Shown one piece after another: positions 27,064 through 32,000 of a DNA stretch of 32,000 nucleotides. How positions within the stretch are numbered: the first letter of the stretch is position 1; each line of letters begins with the position of its first letter. The translations under genes were made by a program, and so were the position numbers. The stretch is from Cylindrospermopsis raciborskii Cr2010 (lineage in GTDB: Bacteria; Cyanobacteriota; Cyanobacteriia; Cyanobacteriales; Nostocaceae), in contig NZ_CP065936.1 in the NCBI RefSeq assembly GCF_003367075.2, positions 810,001-842,000 of the forward strand, written 5' to 3'. The notes beneath the pieces were generated by a model, which saw nothing but the letters and a program-made list of their open reading frames with translations, was not told where the DNA came from and ran no database searches.

Positions 27064-28959
27064 TTGACCATTGCCATGCAGAAGTTACCCAGCAAAAGCA
27101 AACCCACTAGGAGCAGATTCAGAAACTTACCCAATCTACGAGAAAATCTCCGACGGTATTTACAATTAACAGGGAGAAACAGATTTTCCCCACCATTCCC
27201 AGATAAAAATTCCCCTGGTACTCCAACTAGACTGGTCAATTTTCACTCCCGACTGTTGGTGGTTTGGGGAGTTCTATTTCTATCTGGGATGGGTCTAGTT
27301 GTAAATTTGTATCGTCTGCAAGTTGTGGATGGACCAAAACTTACCAAAAGGGCTAGAAACCAACAAGCAACAGTATTACTTCCTTTTATGCCCCGCCGTC
27401 CATTAGTGGATCGCAATAAAACTTTGTTGGCTATTGACCGTCCTGTTTATACACTCTATGTTCACCCTAAATTATTCAGTAAATCTAATCAGGCAATAGC
27501 GGAAAAAATAGCACCTTTTTTGAATAAAGATGTTACAAACCTAGTGAAGCTATTTAAAACTAGGAAAAGTGGTATTCTTTTAGCTGATAAGGTATCTGAA
27601 AATATTGCTGACCGATTAATATCATTTAGACTAGATGGTTTAGAATTTATTGAAAAATACTCTCGTTTCTACCCCGAAGAGGATTTAGTAGCAGATGTGG
27701 TGGGTTATGTAAATTTAGAAAGACATGGTCAAGCTGGGGTAGAATATAGTCAGGACAAACTGTTGGAGCGTTCCAGAGAAACCGTGCGTCTGACGCGAAC
27801 TGGTGCAGGAGATATTATGCCAGATTATGCGCCAGATGAGTTTTTATATTCCGATGATTTTAAATTGCAGTTAACCATAGATAGTCGCTTGCAAAGAGCT
27901 GTTCGTAGCGCCCTGAAACAACAGGTGGAAAAGTTTCAGGCTAAACGCGGTGCTGTAATTGTTATGGATGCTAAAGACGGTTCCCTATTGTCTTTAGTGT
28001 CCCAACCCAGTTATAACCCTAATGAGTATTCTAAAGCTAATATTGCGTCTTTTAAAAATTGGACCGTGACTGATCTTTACGAGCCCGGATCTACTTTTAA
28101 ACCCTTAATTGTAGCCGCTGCTTTAGAAAGTGGTGTCATCACTCCCGATGATAGATTTAATGATCCAGGTACTATCAAGGTTAGCGACCATGTCATCAAG
28201 AATGCAGTTATCAATAGTTTTAGACAAATTAACATTGCTGAAATTTTACAGACATCCAGCAATGTGGGTATGGTACAAATTGTCCAACGTCTCGAACCAA
28301 AAATCTACTACAGTTGGTTACAAAAACTAGGTATTGGTCAAAAAATGCATACAGATTTACCATTTAGCACCCGTGGTAGTCTGAAAAATCAAGATCGATT
28401 CTTATCATCTCCCCTAGAAATGGCAACCGCTTCTTTTGGACAGGGTTTCTCCCTCACACCCTTACAATTAGTACAGATGCACGGTGCCTTGGCTAATGGT
28501 GGTAAACTGGTCACACCTCATGTGGTTCAGGGATTAATAGATAGTGAGGGAAAAGTACATTTTTCTCCCGAAATACCAGTCCCTCGACAGATTTTTTCCC
28601 CTAGTACTACCCAAACAGTTGTAAACATGATGGAAACCGTGGTTACTCAGGGTAGTGGAAAGGCGTCACGCATTCAAGGCTATGCTGTAGCTGGTAAAAC
28701 TGGTACAGCCCAAAAAGCTAGTCCCAATGGCGGATATATTCCCGGTGCCCGAATTACCAGCTTTGTGGGTATTTTCCCTGTTGAGGCTCCCCGTTATGTC
28801 ATTTTGGCGGTTGTTGATGAACCAAAGGGAGGGCATGCCTATGGTGGCACTGTTGCTGCCCCTATAGTCAAGTCTGTCTTAGACGTACTTATACCAATAG
28901 AAGAAATACCACCAATAGACGGTGGAGAAAGCGGGCGGCGGGAATCGAACCCGCATTAA
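27064..28959 (+). CDS. ftsI: Class B penicillin-binding protein, FtsI-like transpeptidase
   Basis: Hydrophobic N-terminus, PRRPLVDRNKTLLAIDRPVYTLYVHP, YEPGSTFKPL (SxxK), SSN, KTGTAQKA (KTG), FVGIFPVEAPRYV. Confidence 0.9.
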   Translation: MTIAMQKLPSKSKPTRSRFRNLPNLRENLRRYLQLTGRNRFSPPFPDKNSPGTPTRLVNFHSRLLVVWGVLFLSGMGLVVNLYRLQVVDGPKLTKRARNQQATVLLPFMPRRPLVDRNKTLLAIDRPVYTLYVHPKLFSKSNQAIAEKIAPFLNKDVTNLVKLFKTRKSGILLADKVSENIADRLISFRLDGLEFIEKYSRFYPEEDLVADVVGYVNLERHGQAGVEYSQDKLLERSRETVRLTRTGAGDIMPDYAPDEFLYSDDFKLQLTIDSRLQRAVRSALKQQVEKFQAKRGAVIVMDAKDGSLLSLVSQPSYNPNEYSKANIASFKNWTVTDLYEPGSTFKPLIVAAALESGVITPDDRFNDPGTIKVSDHVIKNAVINSFRQINIAEILQTSSNVGMVQIVQRLEPKIYYSWLQKLGIGQKMHTDLPFSTRGSLKNQDRFLSSPLEMATASFGQGFSLTPLQLVQMHGALANGGKLVTPHVVQGLIDSEGKVHFSPEIPVPRQIFSPSTTQTVVNMMETVVTQGSGKASRIQGYAVAGKTGTAQKASPNGGYIPGARITSFVGIFPVEAPRYVILAVVDEPKGGHAYGGTVAAPIVKSVLDVLIPIEEIPPIDGGESGRRESNPH

Positions 28960-29000
28960 TAGCTTGGAAGGCTATAGTTTTACCACTAAACTACGCCCGC
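28930..29000 (-). tRNA. tRNA-Gly(UCC)
   Basis: Minus strand GCGGGCGTAGTTTAGTGGTAAAACTATAGCCTTCCAAGCTATTAATGCGGGTTCGATTCCCGCCGCCCGCT. Anticodon loop CTTCCAA. Confidence 0.95.
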
Positions 29001-29069
29001 AGGTTGGTTTGGAGTTTGTTTTTTCCAACTTTGGCAATAGTAACAGAGTCTGTGGGAAATTGCAAGTCC

Positions 29070-30143
29070 CTAGGGAGAATTTTTTGGAGAACTTGTTGGA
29101 GAATCCCTGGGAACGATGGTTACTCTCAGATATAAGTTACTCTTTTCTGGTTGGGAACCATTCTTGTCATAACCACCTACAAATTTCTCCTGCTGAAAAA
29201 GCTCCCGGAGTGGTGGCTCATAAACACTTTGATCTTTTTCAGATATGTTGGGGTCAATAATAAAAACTTGCTCTAACTTGCCGTGCTGATTAACTATTAG
29301 GCTAACCAGTATCGTTATCCGTTTTGATGGTTGTGTTTGAGCAGAAGAAAAAGTAATTGTTAGCTCCTTCGTACTACTACCTTGGTACTTGGGTAACACA
29401 TCGGGGGGAATATCCCCTGCTATCAAATCTTGTTTTCTTAGCTCCTGTATCTCATCTCTGTTGAGGGGTTCAATAGTGAGAGTAAATAATTGAGGAAATA
29501 ATTGAGGTTGGGAATTTTCCCCCACTGGAGTGGTTTCCGGGGTAGGATTTTCACTCAGTGATGGGGAAGAGATGGGTTTGGGCAACTTATCGGGTGCAAT
29601 TTCCGGTAAGGGGTTTGATTTCTCCGATTCCACTTTAACTTCCTCTCGAGGAGAGTTCCAAGGAAGATCATTTGGTGGAGGACTTGATTTAGGTGGAAGT
29701 AGAAATTTTCCAGGTGTAGGTTTAGGTATTAATGGAGTATTGGGCTGATTTTGCCTGGGGGGGGTAACTGGGAATCTATTTAAATTGGAGTTAATAGGTT
29801 TAGCAACAACAACCTGTTCAGCCACTTTCTTAGTAGTGTTATAATTAGCTTGCTTTGGGGTAGATGGAGAAGGATTTGGTTTGGCTAGAGCAGGTTTAGA
29901 CTTAGGAACTTGTTTTTGCGGCTCTACTGAAGCGGGAATATCCACCAGTTCCACCACCACATTGTCTTGACCAGACTGGGAGGGAGGAACCCAAAAACCG
30001 AATAGTTTGGAAGAGCTTAACCACCAAAAGAGTAAGACATGTAGAGAAATAGAACCCAAAAATGCTAGTGTCCACAAACCAGGGGAATCCATCACCCTTT
30101 GGCTTTTAGGTGAGAGATTCTTAACTGTTAGGGAGTCCAACAA
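29070..30143 (-). CDS. Proline-rich single-TM protein, TonB-like architecture
   Basis: Short cytoplasmic N-terminus, TM SPGLWTLAFLGSISLHVLLFWWLS, long P/K/N-rich linker, then a compact C-terminal region with ITILVSLIVNQHGKLEQVFI...YEPPLRELFQQEKF. Confidence 0.6.
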   Translation of the reverse strand: MLDSLTVKNLSPKSQRVMDSPGLWTLAFLGSISLHVLLFWWLSSSKLFGFWVPPSQSGQDNVVVELVDIPASVEPQKQVPKSKPALAKPNPSPSTPKQANYNTTKKVAEQVVVAKPINSNLNRFPVTPPRQNQPNTPLIPKPTPGKFLLPPKSSPPPNDLPWNSPREEVKVESEKSNPLPEIAPDKLPKPISSPSLSENPTPETTPVGENSQPQLFPQLFTLTIEPLNRDEIQELRKQDLIAGDIPPDVLPKYQGSSTKELTITFSSAQTQPSKRITILVSLIVNQHGKLEQVFIIDPNISEKDQSVYEPPLRELFQQEKFVGGYDKNGSQPEKSNLYLRVTIVPRDSPTSSPKNSP

Positions 30144-30324
30144 CTTTACCTCCTAATTGATAACTGTAGTTGTGCTTTTTTCATTTTCCGCTACGGGGGT
30201 GTCTGTTTTTACAGGTATCTCTCGATTTTTCGCCATCTCTCCATTTTTCAGTTACACTATTTACCTATCGCTCTTCATTTTAGTCTAAACTTCAGTAACT
30301 AGGGTGTAGGGTAGAGTTAATTTT

Positions 30325-32000
30325 ATGAATCAAGGGCGCACTTACGATTATATTGACTTAATTGAGTTGCTGATAGGAACCATTTTTGAGAGCAAGGGGG
30401 ATAGCCAAGTAATTTACCCCCTGTTGGAAAACAATCTCCATCTTTTAGATGCAACCTTTATTGACCAACTACAATCCTGGGGCGGTCATCAGGTAAATAA
30501 ACAAGCAACTCCCGAGCAAAATGCTCAACTGGGAGCATCACTATACCTCCTGGCTCGGATTTTTTATCATTTTCCCGGAGGGGATCCGCTAATTAACCTC
30601 GCTATAGCCATCTGTGGATACGAATTTTGCGCCGCCATAGAACGCCAACTGGGACTCGAAAAAGAATTGGCTCAAGTTCTCAATCATCTAGGTGCTGCTT
30701 ACCAAACCCAGGCCCAAATGGGTACGGACTCCCACTCTAACCTAGAAAAAGCGATCGCAGCTTATAATGAGGCTATTACCATCCGTCGTCAACCCGGGTT
30801 AGAAAGGGAATTGGCTCAAGTTCTGAATAATTTAGGTGCGGCTTATCAAATCCAAGCTCAAATGAGTAAGGAAGCTAATCTGGAAAGAGCAGTGACTGCT
30901 TATGCAGAAGCCATTTCAATTTTACGGGAATTGGATTTAGAAAGGGATTTAGCTCAAACTCTTTACAATTTAGGGAGCGCCTACCAAACCCAAGCTCAAT
31001 TAGGTAAGGACTCGCAAGCGAATCTACAAAAGGCAATTCCACCCTATACAGAAGCGATCTCCATTCTACGGGAACTAGGTTTAGAAAGGGACTTGGCTAA
31101 AACCTTAACCAGTGTGGGTAGTGTTTATATTAGCCAGGGTAAACTAGAAAGAGCAATTACTCCTTTTAGAGAAGCTATTACCATGTTCCGCCAATTGGGA
31201 CTGGAAAGAGACTTGGCCGAAACTCTCAATCAACTGGGAATTGCCTACCTAAACGAAGTAGAACGGGGTAAGGATCCAGATGCTAATCTACAAAGAGCAA
31301 TTATTGTCTTTACTAAAGCTTTAACTATTCTCCGTCAACCAGGATTAGAACCAGATCTGGCTCAAACCCTTCACAATCTAGGAAAAGCTTACCAAACTCA
31401 AGCTGAACTGGGAACCGAGTCCCAGTCTAACTTAGAAATGGCGATCGCCCATTATCGAGAAGCTCTGGCAATTGCTACCCCGGAGCTTTCTCCAGCAGAC
31501 TATTTAAAATTTGCCAGTCATTTAGGAGATCTGGGGTTTGAGCAGGGTTGGTGGGATATCGCTCTAGAGGGTTATGAACAGGGAATCAAAGCACTAGAGA
31601 CAATCCAATTTTGGCGGGATAAATCTCCTGGGGAGATCCAACACTCCCATATTTACCAGTCAGCAGTGCGTGCTTGTATTGAGTTGCATCAATATGGAAA
31701 AGCAGTTGAATTAGTAGAGCGCAGTAAATCACGAAATTTAGTGGAGCTACTAGAGAATAAACATCTATATCCAAAAGGAAATATTCCCTCTCGTATTTAT
31801 GGGGAATTAGATCGTCTTCGTCAAGCAATTCGCAATGAAGTAAGACTACTGGAAATCCAAGGAGAAAAAAGAAGCCATGGTCAACTCAATACGCTCATAG
31901 AAGAATTAGATCAATTTATTACTAGCCAGGTCAAACCCCTTGATCCCCATTTCTCCCTTACCCAGAGGGTGGAACCAATAACCATATCTAAAATACTCAA
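30325..32000 (+). CDS. TPR-repeat protein, 5' part only (runs off window); candidate CHAT-domain TPR protein
   Basis: ORF open from ATG 30325 to the window end. MNQGRTYDYIDLIELLIGTIF... with repeated LERxLAQxLxNLGAAYQxQAQ...LExAIxxYxEAIxILRQ units, then VELVERSKSRNLVELLENKHLYPKG. Confidence 0.75.
   Translation, partial: MNQGRTYDYIDLIELLIGTIFESKGDSQVIYPLLENNLHLLDATFIDQLQSWGGHQVNKQATPEQNAQLGASLYLLARIFYHFPGGDPLINLAIAICGYEFCAAIERQLGLEKELAQVLNHLGAAYQTQAQMGTDSHSNLEKAIAAYNEAITIRRQPGLERELAQVLNNLGAAYQIQAQMSKEANLERAVTAYAEAISILRELDLERDLAQTLYNLGSAYQTQAQLGKDSQANLQKAIPPYTEAISILRELGLERDLAKTLTSVGSVYISQGKLERAITPFREAITMFRQLGLERDLAETLNQLGIAYLNEVERGKDPDANLQRAIIVFTKALTILRQPGLEPDLAQTLHNLGKAYQTQAELGTESQSNLEMAIAHYREALAIATPELSPADYLKFASHLGDLGFEQGWWDIALEGYEQGIKALETIQFWRDKSPGEIQHSHIYQSAVRACIELHQYGKAVELVERSKSRNLVELLENKHLYPKGNIPSRIYGELDRLRQAIRNEVRLLEIQGEKRSHGQLNTLIEELDQFITSQVKPLDPHFSLTQRVEPITISKIL

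Noticed and set aside
28922-29260. 112-aa ORF MEKAGGGNRTRINSLEG...
   Set aside because: Starts antisense through tRNA-Gly and overlaps the 29070-30143 CDS. The GGGNRTRI type start is a known tRNA-antisense artefact.

Overview
32 kb cyanobacterial chromosome segment. Frequent GCGATCGC (HIP1) octamers and the gene content suggest a Nostocales-type heterocystous lineage. Most of the window is ordinary housekeeping or accessory content: alkaline phosphatase, TetR regulator, an M16 peptidase pair, GT2 glycosyltransferase, NlpC/P60 protein, tRNA-Val(GAC), dhaK/dhaL, tyrA-like, Ser/Thr kinase-WD40, sfsA, glgB, an FtsL-like protein, an FtsI-like PBP, tRNA-Gly(UCC), a proline-rich TonB-like protein, and the 5' part of a TPR protein. 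The most interesting locus is about 8.07-12.06 kb. It holds five small ORFs with RiPP/bacteriocin-like leaders ending in GG; three are near-identical tandem paralogs. They are followed by an aminoglycoside-phosphotransferase-like kinase and a HopA1-family-like protein, the same enzyme pair that dehydrates Ser/Thr in class V lanthipeptides and thioamitides. The candidate cores contain no cysteine, and no cyclase, YcaO, protease or transporter is visible. This points to a compact, possibly undescribed dehydroamino-acid RiPP system. Secondary points are a HetP-like gene directly downstream, decaying tandem nuclease-like fragments whose breakpoints lie at or near HIP1 sites, a structured intergenic RNA candidate around 15.9-16.06 kb, and a PBP gene whose 3' end is antisense to tRNA-Gly. 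Family calls are made by eye from translated motifs; no database search was run.
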